A stretch of DNA of 63,825 nucleotides, filler included, from Perkinsus olseni (taxonomy: Eukaryota), in assembly GCA_013115125.1 (NCBI GenBank). It is 5 parts of 5 records of this genome, joined end to end, with 100 filler letters (N's around TTAATTAATTAA, not from the genome) between each part and the next. Parts side by side here need not be neighbours in the genome. Positions count along the whole stretch, not along the records: positions 1 to 12,755 come from JABANN010000782.1; positions 12,856 to 25,549 come from JABANN010000783.1; 3 more parts are not named here. One strand, written 5' to 3'. The position numbers and the translations under genes are program-made. Under the pieces are notes generated by a model. It was given only the letters and a program-made list of their open reading frames with translations. It did not search any database and was not told the origin of the DNA. The first letter of the stretch is position 1; each line of letters opens with the position of its first letter. This document shows positions 1 through 17,428 of this stretch, piece by piece.

Positions 1-292
1 AACTCCAACCTGCCTTCGCCAACTTCATCGCAAACTGACGCCCCATGCCCTTCGACGCGCCGGTAACAACAGCGTACTCGTCGCGAGAAGCCCTCACTGG
101 CTTGAGGTTATAAGGATAACCCATATTGAAGATAGGGCCCTGAAGTTTGTGGACGACCCAACACAAAGCCAGACCCGTCAAGATGATGGGTGTGCAACAA
201 AGCATAATCGCTATGAGAGTCAACCACTCGAATAAGTTGAATGGATAAGCACCCATAGAGAGGACCACTGGTAAACTTTGCTTTTCAGCCAT
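1..292 (-). CDS. Short-chain dehydrogenase/reductase (17-beta-HSD/3-ketoacyl-CoA reductase-like), 5' part; runs off the window start
   Basis: Manual translation from ATG at 292: MAEKQSLPVVLSMGAYPFNLFEWLTLIAIMLCC...RASRDEYAVVTGASKGMGRQFAMKLAKAGWS. Hydrophobic N-terminal anchor followed by the TGxxxGxG Rossmann motif. Confidence 0.85.
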   Translation of the reverse strand, partial: MAEKQSLPVVLSMGAYPFNLFEWLTLIAIMLCCTPIILTGLALCWVVHKLQGPIFNMGYPYNLKPVRASRDEYAVVTGASKGMGRQFAMKLAKAGWS

Positions 293-1147
293 AATATTAA
301 ATGAAATGTTAACTAAATACAGACACAGAAGTGATCAATGAGTCCTAAAATGATTCATGATTCATGAATGTTCCTACGACTGGTTGTGACTTGGATGACG
401 GGGGCTAGTGATGTACACTAGCGATTCAGCTCGTGGTGCAATTGGAGGCCGCAGCTCGAAGCTGCAGTTCTATTGTGTTATCCTGACAGTCGTAGAACTG
501 TGGTTCTGTTATTTCTGCTTCCCAACCTCGCGCGGTGATTTCAAATTCGAGATGGCGTTCCTGGTGAGAAGGACGACGATCGTTCCATCGTCGTATTGGA
601 GTCGAGTTGACGAAGAAATGAAGAACCACGCAAGATTGAAATGGCCAGTGAGTCGCTTTAAACAAACACAAGCTAGGCGAACGCAGGACTGCATAATAAC
701 GGCGAACTCGATCTTCTGTGAGAGCTTGTTAGCCTGACCGCTTATACCACTCTTTCCCCCTACGCCTCACAGCTGCCCCTACGCCTGCTGCGGCCACGCA
801 CGGGAGTTCACCGATCACTTCCACTCACTTCCAGTGCGTGTTCTTAGGTCCGAACGAGATGCTGCGGGACAATGCATATTTCGCTCGCCTTAAACTTCGC
901 CGCGGGATGCTCCACGGCCTCCACGGCTCCACCACCATCTGCCTTCGATCTGCCTTCGACAGGCCTTTCAATCTGGACAACCTAGGGGGCGAAATTCTCC
1001 CCGATAGCACACCTGATCAGCAGGCTCCATGTCCGCACTGGCATCAGCCGCTCGCTATCGTTGTGCAGTGCATATCGCCCAAATAACTGGAAGGGGTTCA
1101 GTACGACGGGTCATGTGTACTGGCGGCTAGCTGACCAGGTTTTTCGA

Positions 1148-1220
1148 GCCTCGGTAGCTCAGTCGGTAGAGCGCGTGCCTTTTAAGCCCGTGGTCGTGGG
1201 TTCGAGCCCCGCCCGAGGTG
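1148..1220 (+). tRNA. tRNA-Lys (UUU)
   Basis: 73-nt cloverleaf: acceptor GCCTCGG/CCGAGGT, D-arm GCTC-AGTCGGTA-GAGC, anticodon loop CT-TTT-AA, T-loop TTCGAGC. One T:C mismatch in the anticodon stem. Confidence 0.9.
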
Positions 1221-1376
1221 GTCATATAATATCGAAAATTGTATAGACTCAGAAAGGGTTATTCCTACGCAGGAGTCAACTAAGACGGCGCGACTTGATG
1301 AATATGTTTGCGGCTCTTCTGCTACTAGATTACCTAGATTTACAGGTGACTTTCCATTCCCGGTTTATCGGGCTTA

Positions 1377-3429
1377 ATGGCGACCTCCGAAGCGCCTACG
1401 GTGCTTTCAATGGGCGGATTCCCGTTCACTCCTTTGGAGATCTTGGAGATAGGCGTTATAATGATATTGGCGTTGCCTTTCATCGTTATTGGAATCGCTG
1501 CATCTTGCATAGTACACTTGCTGCAGTATCCGGTACTACATGGAGGGGCGGATATGGGCCAGATCTTGCCAGAACGATGAGCCGCGAATGAGTCATTCGG
1601 AATGACAATGACCATACTTCTCCCGTAGAACCCTCCTTAACAAGAGGTCTGAGCCTTATCAGTTACGCGACTTGGGCTACACGCAGAAGCTGACCCCAGT
1701 GCGAGCCTCTCGGTCCGAGTGAGAATTGTGTTCCTACTAGCAACATCCAACATATGATAGTTCTGATGGTTCAGGTACGCAGTGGTCACAGGGGCTTCTA
1801 AGGGACTGGGCCGAGATGTCGCTCTGAAACTGGCCAGAGACGGATGGAGCCTTGTGATTGCAGCGAGGAACCCTGATCTTCTCGCTGACCTCAAGAGAAG
1901 TATTGAAGACTTATATGGAAAAGACTGCAAGGTCATACCGGGAAGATAATTGTGGGACGGGCCCGGCGCTCCCGCTTCTGATCAGAGCCACCGGTTTTCG
2001 AAACTTTATCCTCCAATGAGTCTGTGGGAATCCCCTTTCCGCGTTCACTGGTGTTCAACAGGTCATTCCTGTCGCTTGTGATCTCGGCTCTGACGGTGGG
2101 CGCCGCACACTCGAGAATGTCGTGAAGGACCTGCCGATCACCCTTGTGGTTCTGAACGCCGGCTGTGCGTATACCCGAGACCTAGTCAATGTGTCAGAGC
2201 AGAAAATGCGTGATATGCTAGGTAGGGTTGGGATCTACCACGATACGCAGGATGCTGGTTTTCCTCTGATCTCTCCTGAACAACTCAGAGATTGATCCAA
2301 GTACTTTGCTCAGGTATCAATGTCGAGCAGCAGACCTATCTATCTCAGTAATACATTAATTATTCGGGTTTCAATCGTGTAACCACCCGTCTCATCATAA
2401 ACATTGTGCACACGATTTAGAAAGTTTCGCCTTGCACCAACTTTACGTGGTGCAACCGTTCGTCGTTGCTTCCCTTCCCCGGGGATTCACCAACCGCTGA
2501 CTTTGTTCGTCCCTCGTACGTTTTGGCCTGATATCCGAAGTTTTGTGCATTTCAGTTATTTCCTCACACAGCACTTTGTTCCCGGTGGGCGAGGACGGCT
2601 CTGCATCGTCAGCTCCATAGTAGCCTATTCTCTAGGCAGTGCCAATTCCCTGTACGTGGGCTCATGCCGAGCATCAGTTCAGTTCATCGGCCTCCATCAG
2701 ATACTTTAGTGCTAAGTCGTACCTCTCCCAGTTTGGCCGTTCACTAGCTCATGAGTGCCGTTCCCTGGGCTGTGGGGTCTTGACCATCCAGCCAGGTAGG
2801 CTGGTTGCGGGATACTCTGCGGTTCTTATTGAATGATCCTCAGGTGCAATGGCCGATACTAACTTCAGTTCCGCTGGGGACTGTGAGAACTCAGCGATTT
2901 TCAAGGTAGTAGAAGGCACTACTATTTCTCCATTGAGCCGTGATATGCATATCGAGGGTTGAGGGAGGAGGAATACGGATAAAGTATCTTGTTTCAGCTT
3001 CCTGGCGCCCAGATGAGCTCAGCCGACGTCGCAGAGGAGCTAGTCAGGCGGCTCCAAGCAGATGGTACTAAACCGGGGTTGATTTTGGCCGAGCGTGCGC
3101 GTTTGGAGCGGACGCTCCCTGTGGACAGAAGTCTCATTAGAGTTACGTGATCATAGTAGACTGAGGTCGTAAGGTTAGTAGAGGCACTGTCGAATCCACA
3201 GTGGGAACGGAGGGTGTAGCGCAAAGGATGGGGTCTCAGATGCTTCCGAAGCTACTGGTTGCCATACAGTTGGAATTCTGAACAAGATACTCGTTGCAGG
3301 GGGACCTTATCTCAGTGACAATCTTGCTGGGTTCGTGGCTAGGGTACGATGGGGAGTCCGACACTCGATGCGCATAGCCGTCCAGCATCCTTAAAGGATG
3401 CTTCTTTTGTGAGGAAAATATTTGTCTAA
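1377..3429 (+). CDS. Short-chain dehydrogenase/reductase, multi-exon paralogue of the gene at 1-292 (3' end approximate)
   Basis: Exons 1377-1532, 1663-1718 and 1775 onward splice to MATSEAPTVLSMGG...LQYPLRDLGYTQKLTPVRASRSEYAVVTGASKGLGRDVALKLARDGWSLVIAARN. Later exons give VLNAG, IVSSIVA and the catalytic YFSAK (YxxxK). Confidence 0.85.
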
Positions 3430-3449
3430 AGCTTTGCTCCGATAATATA

Positions 3450-9125
<5,676 letters not shown>

Positions 9126-9497
9126 CTTCTCCATTCTGCCGCGTTTCAACGTACATATGTGTCTCATACCATTGTTTTTCTACGACAGGGATTTTCCCCT
9201 CCTGCTTGAGTTAACGCTCAATTGACCTCGCTGCTGGGCACCGCTGGGGAGCATAGGCCTCAATCTTACCTGACTCGAGCATTGCCGTGATAGTGTGTGT
9301 GAGGTGGATCGTAGAAGTGTTACTAGAATTATCCGGACCCTCTGGAAAGCTCGTCGGCCAGGAGGCGGTCAGCGTCTCGAATCTAACGTGACGCGAGGCT
9401 TGCTTGGGTGGCGCGCGCCGCGGCCCGCGTCACGGCCCACACCTGTCTCCTCTCTCTCGCTCCATCACTGGTCCTCGTCAGAGTCAAAAATTACTCG

Positions 9498-12400
9498 ATG
9501 ACAGAGAAAAGCAAAGTATCAAACACGAAACTTCTGCGTGCCACCCCTCCCCGGCTGCGGGTGGACTTCGCGATCGCCATGATGTGCATCTTTACCGACT
9601 TTCTTGGTGATAGTTTGTTGGCCCCCGGTTATGAACTCTTTATAAAGGAGCACGGTATCAAAGGTGAGGGGCACTCAGGGTTCGGAACCGCTATCCTATT
9701 TGCGGGTGTCAGGTATGGGCTTCGGCCTCGCCGTGTCGATCATTACCATGTCGTATATAGTGGGAAGATGCTTCGCCTCCACCGTCATGGGACCTGTCTC
9801 TGATTATACTGGTCGCTGGAACACGCTGATGGTTTGCACACTGCTCCAAGCTGTTGGGTTTTTGTTGCAGGTCACGCTCTTCATGAAAGTCTGTCGAAAT
9901 ACCGTCAGTCATTTCAGGCGCTTTCTTGGAGTTTCTGGTCCCTCGTCGGCTTCCGCTTCTTCACGGGATTTGTCGGCGGAACAAGGGTTATTATCATCGT
10001 GTAGGCGTTCTCGTGACGGTGTTCTTGGACTAACAGGCCTTCACCACTCTTCGTTAGCGGCGAGTTTACTCGACGCTAGCCCACTTGTTCTGGGGAGTAT
10101 GCTTCCTTGTGACATTCGTGCGTTCACAGCATCTTGTTTCGTCACTGCTACTCGAGTTTTCCATCATATCAGGTATATAACTGATTGGATATCCGAGCGG
10201 AACATGCTCACTTTTTGGATGTCCTTCATTCCCATCGTCTCCAGTGTCTCTTCCTTTGCTGGCCCATTCGTCGGAGGAATAATCGCTCAGGCAAGCAGGC
10301 CCGATGCACTGCATAGGCCTTGTCATCGTCCGTTCTAGGGAGCCTCTTCTCAGGCGGACCAATCTCATCCCTTGAATCCGGCTTATGCCGGTCTTGCCCT
10401 GAACGCGACGAGCTTCCTTCTGGTTCTGTTATTCATGAGGAAGTCTCCGAAGGACGCCGGGCTACGTATTTCTACATCTAGAAGAAGCGAGGTCGCTTCC
10501 AGCGTGTCTTCGAAAGCGAGCAACGCCTTCGGCCCTCTCGTCGAGTGGTGAGATGCTAGCTCGAAGACGGAAGTCTTCCGCCTGGGCCGACTGATCATTT
10601 TCTGCTCTCAGGAAAGCCATCCTTCTCTGGTTCCTTGTCTGTGGTATATCCAGTGCAGGAACTCAGGGGTGGTCTGTCCTCCTTGTGACTATTCAGAAGG
10701 AGCTGGGCCTGTCAAGTCTCGTGCTGGGGTCTATCAGTGGATGGTGCGGTCTGATGATCATAGGTAGGGTTGCCAGCAGCTGTACTGCAGCAGTATACTC
10801 GTCTTTTCAGCTGGTCAGCTGTTGGTCCTCCCCATCCTCTTCCATCGACTCAAATTTTCTGAGGGCGCTGTTGTTGTCTTCGGCTTCGCACTGTCCCCTT
10901 TTATCATTGTCCTTGGTTTCGTCACTAACCTCTGGGTGGCCATTACAATCGGCTCTTTATTCTCTCTGGGCATCCCCTTGATCATGACGATGGGCTTCGC
11001 GGTACGAGGGGCGGTCTCGTTCGCGCTTGAATAACTCATTTGTCGTGTGTGTGAGTTTAAATTACAACGCCGGCAGTACGGCTTGGACGAGCACCGATGA
11101 ACTACTCTATAGAGGATCAGCCTGTTGAATAGGCCCTCTTCATTTGCCGTAGCCTGGGTGCTAGGTCAGTCTGGCGTCGATCATCACCTGCCTGGATCTC
11201 TGGCTCCCCAGTTTCGTGTCAGTGTGGTACGTTCTTCCGCTCAGGTGTTCTCTAGACTCTGCGACCCATCGAGGAAGAGCATCATCATGGGGTTGCTCTC
11301 ATTAGACTTGAACGTCTTCAAGATTATGTCGATTCTTTTGTCCGGAATCCTGTACGATAAAGATAAACGGACCCCCTATATTATGGTGAGCCTCTTCCTC
11401 ACTGTCTCTGCCCTTGGCGAAACCGTATGCGCGGTCTAAAGTTTTTCCTCCTCTTCATAGGAGCACGCGGCTAACGTGTCTCAATCGGTCGAGTGAAGGG
11501 GCTTGAGCGTGGTTAAAATCGTCAAGAGCATTTCGTCTCCTGTCAGTTATTCGGTCTGGTTGTTGTTGGTATATTTGCTGGCTTCGCGATAATGAAGGCT
11601 ATGCCCAACGCCCTGAGGAGGAGAAGTCGGGTGAAAGTACTCCTGGCAGCCACCGAAGCCAGCAGACACCGGATCAACGAAGATGTTGAGAAGAGGATGA
11701 GAATACCGGCATCCCCTCCATGCTCGTACGGTCCTCCAAAGAAATTTGGCATATCATGTTTTTTCGCCGTTAGCTTCAACTGGGACGAGTAACGAAACGA
11801 AATGTATAGGGATACCTTCTAGTAGCCTACTGAGTATAACCCCAAAGTTTCAGACCACAACTCGTAATGGGTGCCGAGATCCCGGAGGGTCCCTCGAAAA
11901 ATGTGCCAAATAATTTTGGAATACACGGCTTAAAATTCGGGAGGAAATCCCAGTTTTTACTGGGTGAGTACTTCAACTATTAATCTTCCGGTTCATTGCA
12001 GCACACCGATAGAAAGATAGCCAAATTTATTTGGAGGACTGAAGTGTTCGCTTCTGTCCCCGGTCGCTTATTGATGCTCTTCTCCTCAGCGATGGCTCAA
12101 TCATCGTCTCGGCTTCGGGAACGAGGAGCGTCAAGGGGACGCATTAGCGTTGCCCTCGGGGAGTGTATCCAAGGGAGAGATCGACGTCGTGCTAGATTGG
12201 GTCAAGTCCTGCGTCTACTTCACACCTAGGATGGTCGCGGAGAACAAGGGGGTAAGAATGAGAGTGATTCGTCCTTTCCGTTGCTCGGTCGCGCGAGCTT
12301 TTCTCCTCTCGGGATGCGACGGGCGTAAATCACGGAAGCGCCGCAACGGCACTGCGAACCACTTAGAGAGTTACCGTGAAGCGCCTGTTTGTCTCTGTGT

Positions 12401-12736
12401 TCGGCAGCCGAACATCTCAGGACATCGTACCAGACTTGGTGAAGTCCCTTCTCGGGAGATGGACCACCGCTATGCTTGAACAGCATGGTTACGTGAACTG
12501 GTATGAATGCGATAGAGAGATCGTGTTGCTACTGGAAGCAGGTGACGTGGCACCTCCTAAGTCCGGTGCGCCTTGAGAGTTCTGTCCTTACAGGCTTCCC
12601 TCAGCTACGTCTAGAGCCCCAGCATGCGAGGCTCATGCGTCTTCAGGACTTCTATCAGGCAATTCTGCATCACTCAGCCGCCTGCGAAGCGTATGCGGAC
12701 GCTCTGTCTACTACCAAAGACGGTAAGAAACCTTGA
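9498..12736 (+). CDS. MFS transporter (TetA/DHA1-like) with a probable soluble C-terminal extension; multi-exon
   Basis: MTEKSK...AMMCIFTDFLGDSLLAP, MGPVSDYTGRWNTL (MFS motif A-like), FRFFTGFVGGT, AGPFVGGIIAQ and several TM exons to about 11700. Downstream exons at 12090-12736 are joined tentatively. Confidence 0.7.
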
Positions 12737-12755
12737 CAGCTCGCACGATCACAAG

Positions 12756-12855
12756 NNNNNNNNNNNNNNNNNNNNNNNNNNNNNNNNNNNNNNNNNNNNT
12801 TAATTAATTAANNNNNNNNNNNNNNNNNNNNNNNNNNNNNNNNNNNNNNNNNNNN
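12756..12855. other. Assembly gap with artificial six-frame-stop linker
   Basis: N-run containing TTAATTAATTAA at 12800-12811. Confidence 0.95.
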
Positions 12856-12919
12856 GCTATCTGTCGATTATCAGGGCGCGCGCTAAATTTAGTGACAGAT
12901 TTTGAGAATTTAGTGACAG
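12856..12919. mobile_element. Terminal fragment of the MITE family seen at 46286-46819, truncated by the contig end
   Basis: GGGCGCGCGCTAAATTTAGTGACAG...GAGAATTTAGTGACAG matches the TIR end at about 46773-46819 (GGGCGCGCGCTA...GAGAATTTAGTGACAC). Confidence 0.7.
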
Positions 12920-13221
12920 ACCCTGGCAGTGCCGCTCCATGGAATGACCTTTGGCTCGCCTGTAGCGTGATCGAAATTGGTGTCACGTCACCTCCTATAC
13001 GTCACGCATCCTACTCGCTAAGTTCATTCCTTTGTGGAACTGTTCTAACCTTACGACCTTTGACCAGGACGTAAGCGTTGAGTTGACTAGTGAGAGCAAC
13101 GATCTTGGTCACTGTAGTCTTGCGCACTTCGACAGACAACAATCAAGATGTTCCATCTTGCTCTCTTGGATTTCCTCAACTCATCCTTGTTCGTTCATTT
13201 TGCGCATCGTGATCAGCCACG

Positions 13222-14886
13222 ATGGTTCGGATTGACCAGGACATCAAATTAGACTTCAAGGACGTCCTGTTCAGGCCGAAGAGGAGCTCTCTCTCATCTC
13301 GAAGCCAGGTAGGGGTTCGGGAGTATCTTAGGTTGAAGCTTGCGCTTGATCCAGACAAAGATACGCCATAGGTAACACTGGAACGTGAGCTCCATTTCAT
13401 GCACAGCCCCTTGGCGTGGACCGGGGTCCCTATCTTAGCGGCCAATATGGATACTGTTGGTAAGCCTAGGCAACGCCAAGTGCAAAGGTCACTCCCATCC
13501 CGCAGGCACCTTCGCGATGGCGGAAGTACTGAGCAAGTTCAAATGCCTAGTGGCAGTCCACAAGCATTACTCGCTGGAGCAGTGGCGTACTTGGTGCTCC
13601 AGGGTTGGCAGAGATGTAGTCAATGGTATCCGAGGTTGACCCTTGTAAGATTCCGATCAGGTCCTGGATAACGTAGCGGTGTCTACTGGAATACTGAAGG
13701 ATGATCTCATCAAACTGAATTCAGTAGGCAACACCGCTGTTCTCCAATATTGGAAACCTTCCTTTGAAGGTGATGGAAATCTCCAAGGCCAACTTCATCT
13801 GCCTTGATGTCGCCAATGGTTACGCTGAGGCCTTCGTGGAGGTAGTCAAGACCTTGCGGAAGGACTACCCAGACAAAGTAAGGCTGGGCTTGAAGCCATC
13901 ATTGGGTGAGAGCTGAGTAGGTGATAATGGCTGGCAATGTGGTGACTGGGGAGATGTGTGAGGAGCTCCTGCTGTCTGGCGCTGACATTGTGAAAGTCGG
14001 CATCGGCCCGGGGAGTGTTTGCACTACTAGAAAAATGACAGGTATGTGGTTCGAACCAGGGTTGGCCGTATGGAAAGTGACATATCATCCCGATTGCAGT
14101 ATCTCGCTTCAGGAGTTGGATACCCTCAACTATCTGCTGTTATTGAGTGTGCTGATGCCGCGCATGGGATAGGAGGCATGTAGTGCTCACTCAGTACCAT
14201 CGGTGCTACCACACCATTCTCAACTCGGTCAGGATTATTTCCGATGGTGGTTGTACGTGTTCGGGCGATGTATGTAAAGCCTTCGGAGGCGGTGCGGACT
14301 TCGTTATGCTTGGAGGTGAGTACTCCGTCGCACAACGGGCGTCGGTCGTCATCAGCCTTGCAGGTATGTTGGCCGGTCACGACGAAAGTGGTGGCCAACT
14401 GGTCCATGACCTAAAGAGGTGACCCACTGACGCTCTCTCGTCTATAATTGTGACACGATTTCAGCGAGAAGTGGTATAAGGAGTTCTACGGTATGTCATC
14501 TGATACAGCCATGAATAAGTATGCTGGTGGTGTCGCCAACTACCGGGCTTCCGAAGGGAAGTCAGTTAAGGTAATTCTCATAGCAATCGACCGTAGTAGT
14601 TGATGAGCCCCTTTCCTCATCTAGGTACCGTATAGGGGTCCTGTAGGGCACACTGTACAGGATGTATTGGGAGGACTCAGATCGTGCTGCACCTATGTTG
14701 GGGCGAGAGCCCTGAAGGAACTCTCGAAGAGGACTACCTTCGTCAGGGTAGTAGCAGTAGTGTGGCATCAGGTTGGAAGTGCCGTATCAGGTTACTCAAC
14801 AGCTGAACCCAGTATTTGACCACGCACCAGCAGCCCCTCAGGCTCCGAAGGCCCCACCACAGCCGACAGTAGCAGCGGCTAAGTAG
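13222..14886 (+). CDS. GMPR: GMP reductase (type 1), multi-exon
   Basis: [118 protein letters not shown]. Confidence 0.93.
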
Positions 14887-15223
14887 TAAAGGGGGTGTAC
14901 TCGTGAGAGATCAGCCTTGCAAGACTAGTCAGTGTTGCTAGCGTCTACAAGGTGGCCGACGCAGGAATAATCGTTGCTCTATTCTTTTTCTTGGCATCTC
15001 GGTGATGTCGTCAACCGCGGTAGGACCTTGCGGTTTTCAGGGAAGCCCGGGAGACTGAGTCGGATGGGCCTCCGTCGCCGAAGAGGTCGCGGGCGGACAG
15101 CTCGGGGTCGCCGAGGCATGGCCATAGGCATGACAGCACCAGCCCTCGTCATCGCCATTGATGCCCATCATCAGACTGTTTCGAGTTCCATCCAGCAATA
15201 GCCCCTTCCCGGTTTCGATTTTT

Positions 15224-17329
15224 AATGCCCTTGAAGTTGCGTGAGTGGTTGCAGAATGACTTCGGGTAGGCTGCGAGCCTCTGACTGAGACAGGAGCCCT
15301 AGATCGACGGTGCAGCATTCCGGTTGCAGCTAGTAGCACTGTAACGGTCTTTGCCCTCGCTAATGTCTCATCTAATACGGCCAAGCAATCCTCGAGTGTG
15401 AGGTCCCCTCTGCCACTTGAAGGGAGGCTCAGGTGTATACTGTCAGATATTTTGATGTTGCTGTCGGAGATGTCGGTGTAGGGCGAATGATTTTCAGACT
15501 CTTTGACGATGTGGTAAGATACTCATTGTCTCACCTTCGACCCGGGCTGCAATCCACCCAGCCGAGTGGTCTGTCGTAGCCTTGCTGCCGCTGATCATTG
15601 ATCTCATCGGTTTGTGGCAACTGGTGGTTCATCTTTGTTGGTGATCAGTTACCCGTTACTTGTGAGAATTTCCGAGCATTGTGCACTGGAGAGACGGGCC
15701 TGGGGTACTGGTTGCGGCCCCGATGGTAATAGCAATAGTAGTCGTAGTAGCAGCAGTAGCAGTGATAGGACATCTCTAGATGGTTGAAGTTGGGCAAGAA
15801 AGATTCTGAAGATCGTGCTGGTGTATGGGGGTCGCCCTCAGAAGGATGTTATGAATAGATTGTAGTGCTTTGAATTTACTGTAGTTCGAGGCGTGCAAGT
15901 CCCATCATGGGCATAAGCGCTCATTGACTGATTGATAATAGCAGTAGTGGCGATCGTACCATCTTTGCTACTGCTACAGGGGCGGCTGATCAGATGGTCC
16001 GACTCAGGTATCAGAACACCCGGATGTATCGGATTATACCAGGCTTCATGTGCCAAGGAGGGGACTTCAACTTCGGCAACGGAGGCATGGGTGAATCCAT
16101 CTACGGCCAATTCATGCGGAATGAACGGTGAACAGCATAGCACTGCCTCGTCCTCTGCACTCCCGGCGCAGGTTCGCCTTTAGCCATTCGAAGCGAGGGG
16201 TTCTGAGTATGGCTGATGCCGGCTGGGAGTAAGCCCGGGTGCGGAGGAATTTGTTATCAGTAGTGAGTCGTCTGTTTCGGTGAGCCTCTACTCACCTCTT
16301 TGCCGTTCACGATGCCTCTCTTCAATTCACGGGAAAGGTGAGTACAGTCTGTAAGAGAAAATGCAAGTAGTGAGGCGGCTACGCCACCTTAAGTACTCGT
16401 GGCTGCACTCAGCAGGAGCTACTGACTCACTGCTGCAATTTTTCGAGCGTCGCGCCACGGGGCATAGTGGCCTTATTCNNNNNNNNNNNNNNNNNNNNNN
16501 NNNNNNNNNNNNNNNNNNNNNNNNNNNNNNNNNNNNNNNNNNNNNNNNNNNNNNNNNNNNNNNNNNNNNNNNNTATACCTGCATGTGGCATAGTGGCCTT
16601 ATTCCTGCATGTGGCATAGTGGCCTTATTCCTGCATGTGGCATAGTGGCCTTATTCCTGCATGTGGCATAGTGGCCGCGTTTTTGTTCATTTTCCTCGTT
16701 TGCTGTAGACACAGTAACAACAGTAACTTCTTCATAACGTTCGGCCCTCAGAAGCATCTGGATAGTAAGCATGTTGCCTTCGGGGCCATTGAGCATGGGA
16801 TGGAGGTAGTAGGAGGGTCGGTCTTGTCTCACAGTAGAGGGTTGGACGAATCTTAATTTGCAAGAGGCCTCGGCCGCTCCAGCGGCGGAGCGGAGTTTCG
16901 CTCGACAGGTTCTCGATGCCATAGAGAAGGTCGGCACAATAGGAGGGAAACCCAAACGGCCGGTCATAATACACAAGAGGTGACGGGCCTGGCGTCGCCC
17001 TCTCCTCTTCGAGACGGCGCGGAGGTTGCCGTCGTTCCTTCAGTGGGGAGCTCAACGTCGATCTGTTGCGGAGAGAGGCTATAGAGGCCAACGAAGGACT
17101 GCCACTCGGCTCGGAGGAGTACGTCGAGAGGAGCGCTGATAGCTGGGGGAATCCTGACCCGGAAATTGACGATGATGATGTATATTGCATGCCCGAACGG
17201 TAGTTGTGGTGGGAGCGGGTGGGGAGAAACAAACGCCTCTTGGTTAGGTTGACCATGCCCGACCAGTACTCCCCAGTGCCGGATCATCTCTTCCGTCGGG
17301 CTAAGGCTCAATGGGACAATCAGCTCTAG
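15224..17329 (+). CDS. Cyclophilin-type peptidyl-prolyl isomerase with acidic C-terminal extension; multi-exon, start uncertain
   Basis: [100 protein letters not shown]. Confidence 0.85.
16460..16676. repeat. 26-bp minisatellite (CCTGCATGTGGCATAGTGGCCTTATT)n in a cyclophilin intron, spanning an unlinkered gap at 16479-16573
   Basis: About four contiguous identical units right of the gap and a partial unit left of it. Confidence 0.9.
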
Positions 17330-17428
17330 TTCGCATGTGGCGTGTCTGTTGTTTCTGGTCATACCATCTGTCGAGTAACTCTAGTGGTTAACTACCCCAC
17401 TTACTGTGGGGAGTTTAGTGGCGAAGTG

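Noticed and set aside
408-1086. Short ORFs between the SDR gene and tRNA-Lys
   Set aside because: No recognisable domain or consistent splice pattern.
11710-12088. AT-richer intronic segment as a snoRNA or small insertion
   Set aside because: No convincing C/D or H/ACA boxes, TIRs or TSD could be supported.
12800-12811. Recurrent TTAATTAATTAA (also at 25594, 38372 and 51146)
   Set aside because: It is always centred in an N-run and is an artificial contig linker with stops in six frames.
16460-16676. Regular 26-bp repeats as a CRISPR array
   Set aside because: The units are directly abutting with no spacers and lie in a eukaryotic intron with no cas genes nearby; this is a minisatellite.
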